NCBI GenBank assembly: GCA_964016885.1
Contig: OZ024740.1
Location: forward strand, 76,570,001 to 76,634,000
Length of the DNA: 64,000 nt
DNA from: Eledone cirrhosa
Taxonomy: Eukaryota
Direction: 5' to 3'
Each line of letters starts with the position of its first letter. Position 1 is the stretch's first letter. Below the pieces are notes generated by a model. The model was given only the letters and a program-made list of their open reading frames with translations. It was not told the DNA's origin and did no database searches. The translations under genes and the position numbers were made by a program. Shown here piece by piece: positions 39,440 through 51,759 of this stretch.

Positions 39440-40959
39440 TGTAGTGACTAGCGCCACCTTGTCCGGGGAGAAAAAACTAATTGGAGTTACTTTCCCTTGA
39501 ATTCTAGAGGATTCCTTGAACTTCCGGTCTAGGGATTATAAAGGTGGGAGAAAAGAGACATCTTAGTCGTGGGTTCACATACATATTGACTTGTATCGAT
39601 CGTTTCTCTCGGTGGCCTGAAGCCAAACCCTTAGTGGACATAACAGCAGAGTCCGTTGCCCGAGCTTTCATTTCCAATTGGATTGCTCGTTTCGGTGTTC
39701 CTACTAAAATAACTACGGATCTTGGACGCCAATTTGAGGCTTCCTTATTTCGTGAAATATCACGACTCTTGGGTGCTCATTACATACATACGACCAGCTA
39801 TCACCCAGCCTCCAATGGAATGGTGGAGAGGTTTCCTAGACAGTTGAAAGCTGCACGTCGCGCTACTCCTGATCCGCAACGTTGGACCGAATTTTTGCCA
39901 ATCGTGCTTCTTGGTTGTCGTTCTGCCATTAAGACAGATTTAGTTTTTCTTCTGCTGAAATTCTTTATGGTACCACATTGTCTCTTCCTGGACACATGTT
40001 AGCACCAGTGGATTCATTACATCTTGACCCAGCATTATATGTCACCAGGATTCGTTCGTATTTCTCGCATCTTCCACCGATGAACCCTCGTGACCAATCT
40101 ATTTCGTCTGCTGTCCCATCGGACATCTCTACGTGGATACACATTTTCATACGGAATGATTCCGTCAAGGGACCTCTTACCTCACCCTATAATGGACCTT
40201 TTCGTGTGCTTTCGCACACACCAAAACACTTTACAGTGGCTGTCAATGGTCGAAAAGAGGTAATATCCGTTGACAGAGCAAAGAAGGCTTTCTCTGAAAG
40301 TTTCAGATCATTGCCTGACATACACTCCCACAGAAACACCTTCACCTCCACCGCAAACACCACATACCACACAACCATATGTCACACGAAGTGGCAGGAC
40401 AGTAATATGGCCACGGAAACTCTCAAAAGCAATATTCGTCTAACCCCTAGTGGCATTAACTATTTGACTTAGAAAAATGTTGAACTTATTTTGAGCACTA
40501 TTTTCCTTGCTCCCTTGTACTGTTTTGAATTGTATTGTTCCAGTTACATTTTTCTGCATGCTTATTTTAATACCTTGCTTCTGTTGCAAACCATTGTAAT
40601 TTATGTACCTTTTGTTTTGCTTGCTCCTTATTCTACGGCTCCTCGTTACAATGACTTTACGGTTATTATCGACTATCGTCTGGAGGGGAGCCCTGTAGCG
40701 ACTAGCGCCACCTTGCCCGAGGAAAAAAAAAACTAATTGGAGTTACTTCCCGTTGAATTCTAGAGGATTCCTTGAACTTCCGGTCTAGGGATTATAAAGG
40801 AGGAAGAAAAGAGGCATCTTAGATTTTTTGGTGACGGCTCTCGGACAGTTCACTCACGAGCGAGTTTGTTAACCTTATTATATCTGTATCGAATTAAATT
40901 AGTGGTTGTCCTGCAGTGGCGTTTACCAAAGTAAATAACCCTGTGACTAATTCACTAAA
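39440..40959 (+). mobile_element. Gypsy/Ty3 LTR retrotransposon, internally deleted (partial 5' LTR, integrase, PPT, full 3' LTR)
   Basis: 39440-39566 is repeated at the start of the 3' LTR 40694-40959 (TGTAG...CACTAAA). PPT GGAGGGGAG lies just before the 3' LTR. 5-bp flanks GAGAG / GTGAG. Confidence 0.88.
39567..40300 (+). pseudogene. Gypsy integrase (rve core + GPF/Y motif), frameshifted
   Basis: [46 protein letters not shown]. Confidence 0.9.
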
Positions 40960-41019
40960 GTGAGAAAAAGAGAGCAAGGAAAGCAAGGATAAAAGGAGAG
41001 CAAAGACAGCAGGAGAGGT

Positions 41020-42018
41020 TAAGGCAAATATTGCTCAAATTATGCTGGAAGCAGACAAAGGTGAAAATATCAACTGAAAAGGTACTTTCTGCACCAAAAT
41101 GACTTTTCTTCCTTTACAAACATTGAGTTTCGTCTTTTGCAACTCCTGGTGCAAAAACTTTCTTCACGAGATTTTCTATTAGCACCGATTTCCTCGACAA
41201 AGACCATTCAACATAGGAGGAAGATCCTGATTACAAAAGTGGACTTGAAAAACTTGAGAAGACAGTTGTTGTGAATGATGTTGCAGAAAGAGGTGTCAAA
41301 CTCATTCAGGATTACAATAGCATTCTCACAAAAGATGAAACTGAGAAACAATTTGTTTCACAGATCGTTACCGAAAACCGTAAAACATACCCAACTGCCA
41401 CTAGATCCTCTCTTATGCAAAAATAATTGTTTCTACTTTTGGCACAATGCCATCAAATACCCCAGTATATTACTGGTACTTTATTTTATCGACCCCATAA
41501 GGATGAAAGGCAAAGTTAACCTCGGCGGGATTTGAACTCAGATCATAAAGGAGCGTAACTCTCTTATGCAAAAATAGTGTTCAATATTCAGTGTTCAGTG
41601 TTCACATTATGTTTTTGATTCTATAGAAATTATTGTTGTAAATAAAAATGTTTCTCTTATAGAAGTTGTGTGAAAACCTAATATTTCTTGAGATATTTAT
41701 TTTATTTCAGGAATTTTTCAAATTAACTATTGATAAATTTGATTCAGAACGTTTTAAAACATTTGCTAGGGTTACTGGATGTGTCCACATAAATTTCTGT
41801 AAGAAAAAAGAAAATGGTCGCGATAGGGAATAGTAAACCGCTTTTGAACAGAATTAATCGTTGCGTATATTATGTTCCAACTTCAATTTTTTGAGGATCA
41901 GCTAACAGTTTTCTGATTGTGCTGAAATTGTGCACACCCCGTGCTCTTGTTGATTGAAACAGGATTAGGTTGTGGGAGCACCAACATTTCGGAAAATTAC
42001 TTATTGCTAAGGGCCACA

Positions 42019-42021
<3 letters not shown>
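41020..42021 (+). mobile_element. hATm-like DNA transposon right half with transposase C-terminal relic
   Basis: FFTRFSISTDFLDKD..VVVNDVAERGVKLIQDYNSILTKDE at ~41160-41400. Ends with GGAAAATTACTTATTGCTAAGGGCCACATTA, matching the MITE right end at 38608-38638. Confidence 0.8.
41426..41558 (-). mobile_element. 5'-truncated Meta-like SINE inserted in the hAT element
   Basis: SINE core plus an 18-bp TSD CTCTCTTATGCAAAAATA (41408-41425, 41559-41576). Confidence 0.85.
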
Positions 42022-42311
<290 letters not shown>

Positions 42312-42802
42312 TTGAAAAAGGAGTGAGGTTCTATACAAGATACAGGTTATAGTGCAAAAGTGGAATTGGAAATAGTGCAAAAATTATATTTAAAGTATGC
42401 TTTTCTTTTTTTCTTCTTTGATTCGTTCGTCAACGTGACATTATTGAACAAATGAGAGGAACAATTTTTTTGAAAAACTACTATGACTACCCCTCTCCCT
42501 ATATATAAGATTTCATTTTAGATCCAGTCTTCTTCTCAACAAGAAAGATGAACAAACCTGCCTCAACACTTAATTTTAAATCTTTAATTTTTAATTCTTT
42601 TTAATTCTTTTTAATTGTAATACTCAGTATTTGATAAGATACATCGAAACCGGTTATATTTAATGTATTTTATATACATTAGAAAACTCCTTTTTTTAAA
42701 AAATTGTTCTGATATTTTCAGTAATGTTACTGACGAATCAAAGAAGAAAAAAAGAAAAACGTCCTTTAAATATACTTTTCCTGTTATTTCCAATTCCACT
42801 CA

Positions 42803-42906
<104 letters not shown>

Positions 42907-44713
42907 GGTATAAATTGAAGTTGTAGCAGCAGTAGAGCAGATATCAATCGAATTGTTTCAGTCTGTCACAAAGCACTCAGTTGGGGCGAAAACTGAATAC
43001 ATATCCAGACAGAGTAAAGACAATGTTAAGAAACTGTGACACCAAGAATAAAACGAGTGTTTTTCAATGACTCTGCAGCGTGTGTACATTCTTCGAAGAT
43101 ACCTCATGTGACTGGTGCCTACCTCAAACACTTAATCCCTGAAAGCATTACTTTGAAGAATCTACTATTACAACGTTGCTTTGAGTTCATCAATATTATC
43201 TACCTCATCTTAAATAGGTACATACCAATTGTATATATATATATAAATATATATATATAAATATACGTAGGAACATTTCCAAAGGGTGCCTTCTGCTTGA
43301 AGATCATACAGTTAAGTACAGGCATAATATATTTAAGCTGGTGAAGGGAAATTGTTTTATCCAATGAAATTTTAACCGACATGAGAAGAAAAGTCATTAC
43401 TTTTGATGAAAATTAGTCTCACATATTTAAAATGATATTGAAAGTAATTTTAATTAATGCCAACGACGTTTCTTCTCAGAAGCTTTAATTTCGATTGAGC
43501 AAAATTATTTTCGGCTTACAGTCTTAAATATTGTAGCTTTCACGTTTCTTTTAACTACTAATGAGTTGTCAAAGAATAGAACAGATTTCCTTGCTTGCAT
43601 GCTATTCCAGTATCAGTTTCACTGATTAATACTAAATCGCTTTATGGAAAAGTGGTTGAGAGATATGTCGAATTGCATGAAATTACAACCGTTTATTATT
43701 GACACTGTTTAAGTATTTTGTGATAACAACAATTATATCCCATGATGGAAGTAAAATGGTTGTTATTCGTTTTAAGAACAATGTAATGCAGAATAGTGTT
43801 GCTGACTAGCATAATTTCAGAAGGATTGGTTAATTACATTTTTAATAAACTTAACTCTATTGTTGTTAAAAGTGAAGCCGGGTTTATATAAAACTATATT
43901 CATCAAATCATTTATCTATTTTGAGTACAGCCAAACACTAGAAGAGAGAAGTACCATATACTAAAATACTGTGCAAGGGTGTAAGGAGAAAGAAGGTAGG
44001 TATAATTATTTCCTGTGTGGGTGGACAGTGGCAGATTCCGGGTTCAGTCTTTAAGGAAAATGCTCATATAACTTACACTGAATGGGAAGAGTGAAGACAG
44101 CAGGTGGTAGAATAGCGGATGCAGCAAAGTCTCTTGTTGGGTATGGATCGGAAGACAGAAGGCAAGCAGAATGTCAAGAGCAGTGGATTGGCAGTAATTT
44201 GGCCCCCAACATGGTTGGTTCAAGGTCGAATCACTCAATGAACGTTGAACACCGTCGGTTGACATCAACTAATTCTGGCCAAAGGTATATTCACTGAAGG
44301 TGAATGCATATGAGGTATCTATTCTTATGGTTAGAGACTATTTCTTTTGGCTTTAAGATCTATAGAATTGCATGATTTTCTGTCAGTTTGGTTTGTAAAT
44401 TACTTGTGATACTACTCAAATACTATATATGTTATATGTTGGTGTTCGTTTCATATAACATTTTGGTTTTTGTTCGATGAAAACGTGAATGTTTTAGAAT
44501 GTTTGCAGTGTTTTTAGATTCTTACATAAAGAATCCTAAAACTTACTTTGAAACTCCGAAAGATTTATCTTTTCCTCCCAGTTAAAAATGCCTCCTATGA
44601 ATGGCTGTGATGATTTCTTTTTTGGACATTTCAAAATACCTTTCTGGAATTAAAAAAACTGAATTGATGCCCATTTTTTTCCTGGATTTATACTCTCTGA
44701 TATTGTTACCTTT

Positions 44714-44803
44714 GCTTTTCATCTTTAAGGGGTCGATAAAATAAAGTACCAGTAATGCACCGGCGTAATTGTTGGCCTTGTTCCAAAAGTAGAAACAATT
44801 ATT
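44714..44803 (+). mobile_element. Meta-like SINE 3' fragment
   Basis: GGGGTCGATAAAATAAAGTACCAGTAATGCAC..AGAAACAATTATT. Confidence 0.75.
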
Positions 44804-44816
44804 AGACTATTTTCTG

Positions 44817-44848
<32 letters not shown>

Positions 44849-44955
44849 AAAGTTATATTTAAATTGTTGGGTTAACAACGAGTAAATATTTATAACTGAT
44901 ATAAAAGCACTCAACAAGTATTTGGAGTATATTTATTTATAAGACTGTTTATATT

Positions 44956-45022
44956 GTATTTTGTCTGAAGAAGGCATAACATATTGTTAATATGATATCC
45001 CTGAAATATATATAATGAAATA
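44956..45022 (+). ncRNA. Hammerhead motif in a solo pseudo-LTR (~44845-45064) related to the 10183-13430 PLE
   Basis: TATTTTGT CTGAAGA AGG..CATATT GTT AATATG..CCT GAAA TATATAT A ATGAAATA. The downstream 60 bp match the reverse complement of 10183-10243. Confidence 0.65.
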
Positions 45023-45059
45023 AATATGGTTTTATAAATATAGTTTCCATTTATTTAAT

Positions 45060-45129
<70 letters not shown>

Positions 45130-45146
45130 TGTATGTATTAATATAT

Positions 45147-45335
45147 TTGTTTCTACTTTCGGCACAAGGCCAACAATTACCAGTATATTACTGGTACTTT
45201 ATTTTATCGACCCCGTAAGGATGAAAGGCAAAGTTAACCTCCGCAGGATTTGAACTCAGAATTGCTAGGGCCGTAACTCTTTGCTGCAAAGCATGGCGTC
45301 AGACCCTCTACCGATACTGCCAATCCACCGCCCTT
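45147..45335 (-). mobile_element. Full-length Meta-like tRNA SINE
   Basis: Complete head, core and tail on the minus strand. Confidence 0.85.
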
Positions 45336-45515
45336 ATGTATTTATATATTAACAGCTAGTTCCAGACTCTGGAAACAGCTGACTCTCTCTAATATAACCA
45401 TACTCTACTATACTAAGTGTCGAGTACTCGGTTGCGTTATGGTCTAGCTTAGGCCGAAGGTGGTTTATCACTTCTTTCAAAATTTTTGGTTGTCAAATTC
45501 GGCGTCGGGAAATAC

Positions 45516-45548
<33 letters not shown>

Positions 45549-45830
45549 GGTATATATATATATATATATGGTTCTGTCTTTGCGCGTAATTGTTTTTCAC
45601 CGCTCCTATTAATGACATATCTTATTCGTTTTTTCCCGTTCTTTGCCAGCGAACGTTTCCACGAACCAAAGTATCGTCTTCCTGTTTTCCTCCGGTTCCA
45701 ACGTTTTTTGAAATATCCACTTCTGCGTTTACAGATTGGCTTTGTTAGTTTCAGAAGATCCCGTTAAGGGTGAAAGCAACGATTCTTTGCTTAAACTTTA
45801 ATCTGTTATTTTAATAAATATATATATATT

Positions 45831-46011
<181 letters not shown>

Positions 46012-46038
46012 TAAGACGTGCGCTAGTAGCCGAAGTGT

Positions 46039-46083
<45 letters not shown>

Positions 46084-46226
46084 GTGTGTGTGTGTGTATA
46101 AATGTAATCTGAGTTTTTCGAATATTAATAATAATATTCGATTCGTTTGCAATTATGCAAACAGCCTCTTTAAAGCCATGTCAGTAGAATATATATTATA
46201 TATATATATGATATATATATATATAC

Positions 46227-46307
<81 letters not shown>

Positions 46308-46310
<3 letters not shown>

Positions 46311-47186
46311 CTTTATCGGAGAAAGCTAATAGCAATACTCCGGCCAAATCCCAACTCACTCAACAAACATTAGGAAATAAGTGAGTATATTCCTAATTAA
46401 ACGTTCGGGGTGCTAACTAATTGTATTGTGTGGAAAAATGGCTGTATTTTTCATGAGATATATCGAATATATCTCTTCCCAGACGGACGTCTCGTTTCAT
46501 TATAAGATTCCTACAATTTGAGTGAAATTATACCAATTTATGTAGAAGCTTGTATAAGATCAACAGATACTTATTCAAGTGGGCTCTTATAATTCTTCAG
46601 TGGGTGCCCAATAATACTAATATTGATAATCAAATCAATATCAGTATTTAGCGATAGATAATCACAATCAGTGCTTGAGGTAGCTGCCAGGTTGCTACTC
46701 TAGCAGTTCTAAAGAAATTCTCAAACTGATTAAAAAATGAGGAAGTAGATTACCGCCAAAAAAACAATACATGCGCAGGACAATGAATTCTAAAAGGAAT
46801 TCAGGCCACGTGCTAGAACTCAATTGGAATTTGAAAAAATATCCATGTGTGTACAACGTTTGATGACACAGATATTTTCTCGGGCAAAATAACAGAATGA
46901 GATACAAGAAACAATCAATATTCATATATAAAAAAAATAACCAAAGAGAGTCAAACCTTATATCGGGAAGTTCATATCTGTTGCACCAAGAGTAAATAAA
47001 TAAATACATTATCGGAGAAAGCTTTTAGCGATACTCCGGCCAAATCTCAACTCACTCAACAAACATTAGGAAATAAGTGAGTATATTCCTAATTAAACGT
47101 TCGGGGTGCTAACTAAAAGTATTGTGTGGAAAATTGGCTGTATTATTTCATATGAGATATATCGAATATATCTCTTCCCAGACGGG
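46308..47186 (-). repeat. Unclassified interspersed element with partial tandem duplication
   Basis: 46312-46487 is repeated at 47009-47185. Homologous to 9425-9965. Flanked by (TA)n. Confidence 0.7.
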
Positions 47187-48597
47187 AATATAAATATATA
47201 TATATATATATACATAGATGTATATATATATTTATATATATATATATTTTAGGAGACTACCCTAAGTATTGAGTACTCTGGTGCGTTTGGTCCATCTGGT
47301 TCCTTACCACACTTCCTTCGTTATATATATATTATATATATATATATACATAATATATATATAATAAAGTAGTTTGCTTGAAGCATTGTGGAATAGTTGA
47401 TACAAAAACAACTAGGAAATAAATTTGTTTCTTTGGAAGCTCGACAATGCATGTGAGGTAAAAGTGCCAAGGTAATAAGTATTAGAGAAAATAGATGGAG
47501 AAAAAAGAACTGAGATAAAAGAATGAGGACGATAGAAAGTTACCTTAGCAATTTTAATAATCAGGAAAATTGCCAAGGTACCTTGCCATGCTGTGAACAC
47601 AATATTATTTATCACTCAATGGCTTGTAATAGGAATAAAATCCGTATGCTGTTTTGTCATAGATATATCATTGAGGGTTTCTCCATCATATAGTGATGCT
47701 AAAGGAGATTACAGTGATATGTATTTCGTCAACTTATAATTATTATTTTATAATGTGATATATAAATTTCAAAGAAAATATGAGGGTTGCCAATTTCATT
47801 ACAAAAAAGATAAACAATTTGTAAAAAACCGATAGTATTCCATAGAATTTGTCGAACAAATATGTTGGTCCTTACACAAAATATTCAAACTACACAACCT
47901 ACAAGAGCATTTGTTACACTCGTGCGCGTGACTATTCTTTGATTTAACTAGCAGCCGCCAAATAATCATGCTTCAGTGAATGGCCATTAAACACTTCCTC
48001 ATAACACCCACTCACATAGCGTGCTCCATATCTTACATAGCTTACCCCTACATCAGTTATGCCATAGCCCCACACCTCATATACCATGATCAGCACCCTC
48101 AAATAACATAGTTATATTGCTAATTTAATATAAATTCTGATTTCAATACGAACGTTATAGCATAAAGTAATTTTCTTAATTAATACTTTAAAGAGAATTT
48201 CTTTTTAGTGCAAATTGCATTTTAAAATTATATGCTTTTATAAGTCACTGTTTGTGGGGGTCGTGAAAGCGAAACTAGAGAGGGGATTTTATTGTAATAT
48301 ATGAAGAAAAAATTTTGTACATTTTATTTTCGTAAATTTTTTCTTATTTTATTTAATTGGTTTCATCTGGCGGAAGGGGTTGTGCCCAAGGCTATCGTAG
48401 AGATTCCGAGACCGAGGAAAATGACGCGATTAACGTACTTCTTGAACAGCTGCGAGTCGAGGGTTAAAGAGAAAGCATGGGCGGGGAGGGAAGTCCAGGG
48501 GGACGTTGTTTGGGAAAAAAGACACAAAGACACTCACACAGACAAACACACATACATATATATATAAATATATATATGTACAAACATGCATATATAT

Positions 48598-48990
48598 GAA
48601 ATGTATGCGTCTCAACGTTAATGGCCATAATGATAGTTAATAAAATTGGATATATTGGGGATAGAAAAAAAAGATGTCAGAGATGTCCACAAGGAATAGA
48701 ACCCTACATCCTTTGGATGCCTGGAGACTGCATTAACAACAAAGCAAAAGAGCAGCTAGTCACCAATTTTCTCCTTTTAGAAGATTTTCAACAGGATTTT
48801 CGCTAGGAGGGTAAACAAAGTCGTCGACTGAAGAAGCACTAGGAAAATTTGAAATGTATGTGTCCCAACGCAAATGACCTTAACAATATTTGATAACTAT
48901 AACTAATAGTTGAGAAAATCCGGTGAATTACAGATGGGGAGTGTAAAAATGTGGACCGAAATGCTTGAGAGGAATAGAACCCTGCGTCTA
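48598..48990 (-). repeat. Two diverged tandem units containing a tRNA-like (B-box) segment
   Basis: GAAATGTATG.GTC.CAACG at 48598 and 48851. GGTTCTATTCC on the minus strand at ~48693 and ~48971. Confidence 0.45.
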
Positions 48991-49459
48991 GTAAAACAAA
49001 AGACCGTGTTCATCAACCCTAATCACAAATTTATAGTTAAAACAATAAAAGTACCAAAATAAAAAACAACTCACAAATACACATCGACAGACTGATAAAC
49101 CGCATAACTTATTTACAGAACACAAATGACCAATGTAATATATATATTTCAATGCCAACCTGAATGTTATGAACATCATAACCAAAATTACAACATTGGT
49201 CAAAATTACAACATTGTCCCTTCACTTACAAGAAAAAAAAAATCACCGCAACAAATTTCCATACAGAACACGCCATAAAATTAGGATTGCCTTAGTCGAT
49301 AACATTACAATTCTATTGTTTATTGTTTCATTGTGGATTGGCAGTATCAGTAGAGGGTCGGAGGCCATGCTTTCTAATATAGTTACGTCCCTTTACGATC
49401 TGAGTTCAAATCCCGCCGAGGATATATATATATATATATATATATGTGTATGTATGTAT

Positions 49460-49795
49460 GTCAAGACCATTAAGAAAAGTAAGCGCAACAATAGACAAAC
49501 TATCTGGTTCTCTACTTCCTTCTCACTCAACGTTAAAACCAATGTAGGAAAAAAATGTCTAGCCCTCTTAGATAGACACTTCCCCATAGGTCATAAATAC
49601 CGCTCCATCTTTAACCGACACAAAGTTAAACTAGGATACTCCTGCGCTAAGGACATGAAGGCCCACATCACCAGCAGCCCTAGGAGCAACACCCCACCAA
49701 GGTGCTCTTGCCGTAAGCCTGAAGCTTGCCCCCTTCAACAGCAATGCCATACACCAGCTGTAATCTATGAAGCTGTGGTCACTTTCAACTGACCA
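49460..49795 (+). mobile_element. Naiad-like PLE fragment (RT-EN linker)
   Basis: RQTIWFSTSFSLNVKTNVGK..IFNRHKVKLGYSC..RCSCRKPEACPL..C..VIYEA, homologous to 11720-12100. Confidence 0.8.
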
Positions 49796-49872
49796 AACGA
49801 TATATATATATATATATATATATAGATAGATAGGTAAATATACACGGGTGTGTATGATTGTGTATAGAAGAT

Positions 49873-50254
49873 TATATTAATAAGAGGAATTCCAACTTTG
49901 TCTGATTTACTCGTTTTATTTACAATCCTTTAAAATATATAATGGTATTATAATGAAATAGTATGATAGAATATTAAATTCTAAGTGTTAATTGAACAAG
50001 TACTTTCATGCTTTCGCAATCTTCAGGTTCATAATATGTGGTGACAGTCAAGTTTACAATTTTCAACGGTGAAAATTGCAAACTTGACTGTCACCACATA
50101 TTATGAACCTGAAGATTGCGAAAGCATGAAAGTACTTGTTCAATTAACACTTAGAATTTAATATTCTATCATACTATTTCATTATAATACCATTATATAT
50201 TTTAAAGGATTGTAAATAAAACGAGTAAATCAGACAAAGTTGGAATTCCTCTTA

Positions 50255-50262
<8 letters not shown>
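49873..50262. repeat. 390-bp near-perfect palindrome (193-bp arms, 4-nt centre) with a minimal hammerhead on each strand
   Basis: 49873-50065 is the reverse complement of 50070-50262, with one mismatch seen (50056/50079). Confidence 0.95.
50104..50142 (+). ncRNA. Minimal type I hammerhead motif (mirror copy at 49993-50031 on minus)
   Basis: TGAAC CTGAAGA T TGC GAAA GCA T GAAA GTAC TT GTTCA. 5-bp stem I, GNRA-capped stem II and palindromic stem III. Confidence 0.7.
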
Positions 50263-50337
<75 letters not shown>

Positions 50338-50339
<2 letters not shown>

Positions 50340-50946
50340 CAGGTCACCAGTTGGTGCTACTGGTTACATGTATCCCAGTACAACCTGTCCCATGGTCGGG
50401 TCGTTGGCGACTAAACTGGCAACCCCACCAAGGTTTCTTGGTGAGGAGGGTGATTTTGGACATCCTGGAGGACTAAAAACAAAACCTGTCAAAGGGCAAA
50501 GGAGCTCTTAAGAGTCAATGGCCATCCAAAATCACCGGGAGAGATGACCCCTTAGCCTTTGTCAAGGCAGAATTCTAGGAGAAGGAAAACTCTGATATAA
50601 CACCTGCAACTCTGATGGTATCCAATGATATTGACTTGTTCTTCCTTTTGGTAAATATCATCTTGGTTAAGAGAGTGGGACTGGCTTTGTGCAGTGCCTT
50701 TGCTCACTATAAAAGCTTCACGGCACAGGCATTGCTTTATATCTGGAGATCTCTCTGCACTTGTCGTCACATGGTACCATGGGCCCAGAACTATGTGTCA
50801 ATAATTGTCACAAGTGTAGTGTTTGTACCAGAGTTTTCAAGTCGCTTGCTGGACTAACAAGTCACACTCGTTCAGCGCATCGGTAGGAGTTCTCCTACAT
50901 GGATATAAAGTAGTGGCCGTACTCGAAAACGAGTTGACAGCCACCA
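50338..50946 (+). mobile_element. ~610-bp bipartite RTE-derived non-autonomous retroelement with (TGTA)n tail
   Basis: RTE-5'UTR-like head fused to a 3' end encoding the C2H2 finger CSVCTRVFKSLAGLTSHTRSAH*. (GTAT)n on both sides. Copies at 62787-63395 and 63417-64000. Confidence 0.78.
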
Positions 50947-51007
50947 TGTATGTATGTATGTATGTATGTATGTATGTATGTATGTATGTATGTATGTATG
51001 TATGTAC

Positions 51008-51054
<47 letters not shown>

Positions 51055-51055
51055 A

Positions 51056-51170
51056 AGGCGCATGGCTGAGTGGTTAGAGATTCGCAATCGTGAAGTTGTG
51101 ATTTCGATTCCCAGACCCGGCGATGCGTTATGTCCTTGAGCAAGACACTTTATTTCATGTTGCTCTTTCT
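51056..51170 (+). mobile_element. CORE-SINE 5' part (tRNA head + CORE)
   Basis: GGCGCATGGCTGAGTGGTTAG..TTCGATTCCCAG..CCTTGAGCAAGACACTTTATTTC. Confidence 0.75.
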
Positions 51171-51759
51171 GCCTGGAGTTGCTACCGACAGATACTATTA
51201 GCAATTGGAAAGACTAATGGAAACATTGTTTCCTCAGTTCGATTTTTGACGAGCTCCACCCCACTCGTTAAGCGAATGAGGTCTGGGATCTTGTTAATGG
51301 AACTTTATATATGTGTGTGTGTGTGTAAATATATAGAATGATTATAAATTATATATTTTGTATTCTTTACTCTTCTCAAGCAGAAGAATAAATAAGAGAG
51401 ACGAGAAAGAATGTGAAGAAAAAGAAAACAAAGCAGGTGACGAGAAATAAAGGTAGGAATTGAGGAAAGAATTACGCCGGGTGTTGCAGAAAAGAGGAGT
51501 TTTTAATTCATGCTGTGTCTAGGCTTGTGTCTTAGTGACCTAACCCAATGTTCAGGGAGTTGTGGGTTCTGAATCGATAGACAGCTATGACAGAAGAGTG
51601 AATGAGAGAAGGTTAGGAAGGAGGGGCGGGGGAGATAAAAGAGAGAAATATGGGAAAAGAGATTGGAAAGAAAAAGATGATGAGAAAGAGGAACGAGTGG
51701 TGGTGGTGGTGGAATGAGCAGAAGGAGAGGTTTGTGGGATGAAAAGGAGAAGAGTGGGT

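Noticed and set aside
38636-39457. 273-aa hydrophobic membrane-protein-like ORF
   Set aside because: Reverse translation of the purine-rich minisatellite.
48685-48753. Functional tRNA gene
   Set aside because: The acceptor and D stems do not pair convincingly. SINE heads elsewhere are likewise tRNA-derived, not genes.
50338-50430. Canonical HDV-like or twister ribozyme at the head of the RTE-derived element
   Set aside because: Partial helices exist (CCAGT/ACTGG, GTCG/CGAC), but I could not build the required nested pseudoknot or twister core by eye.
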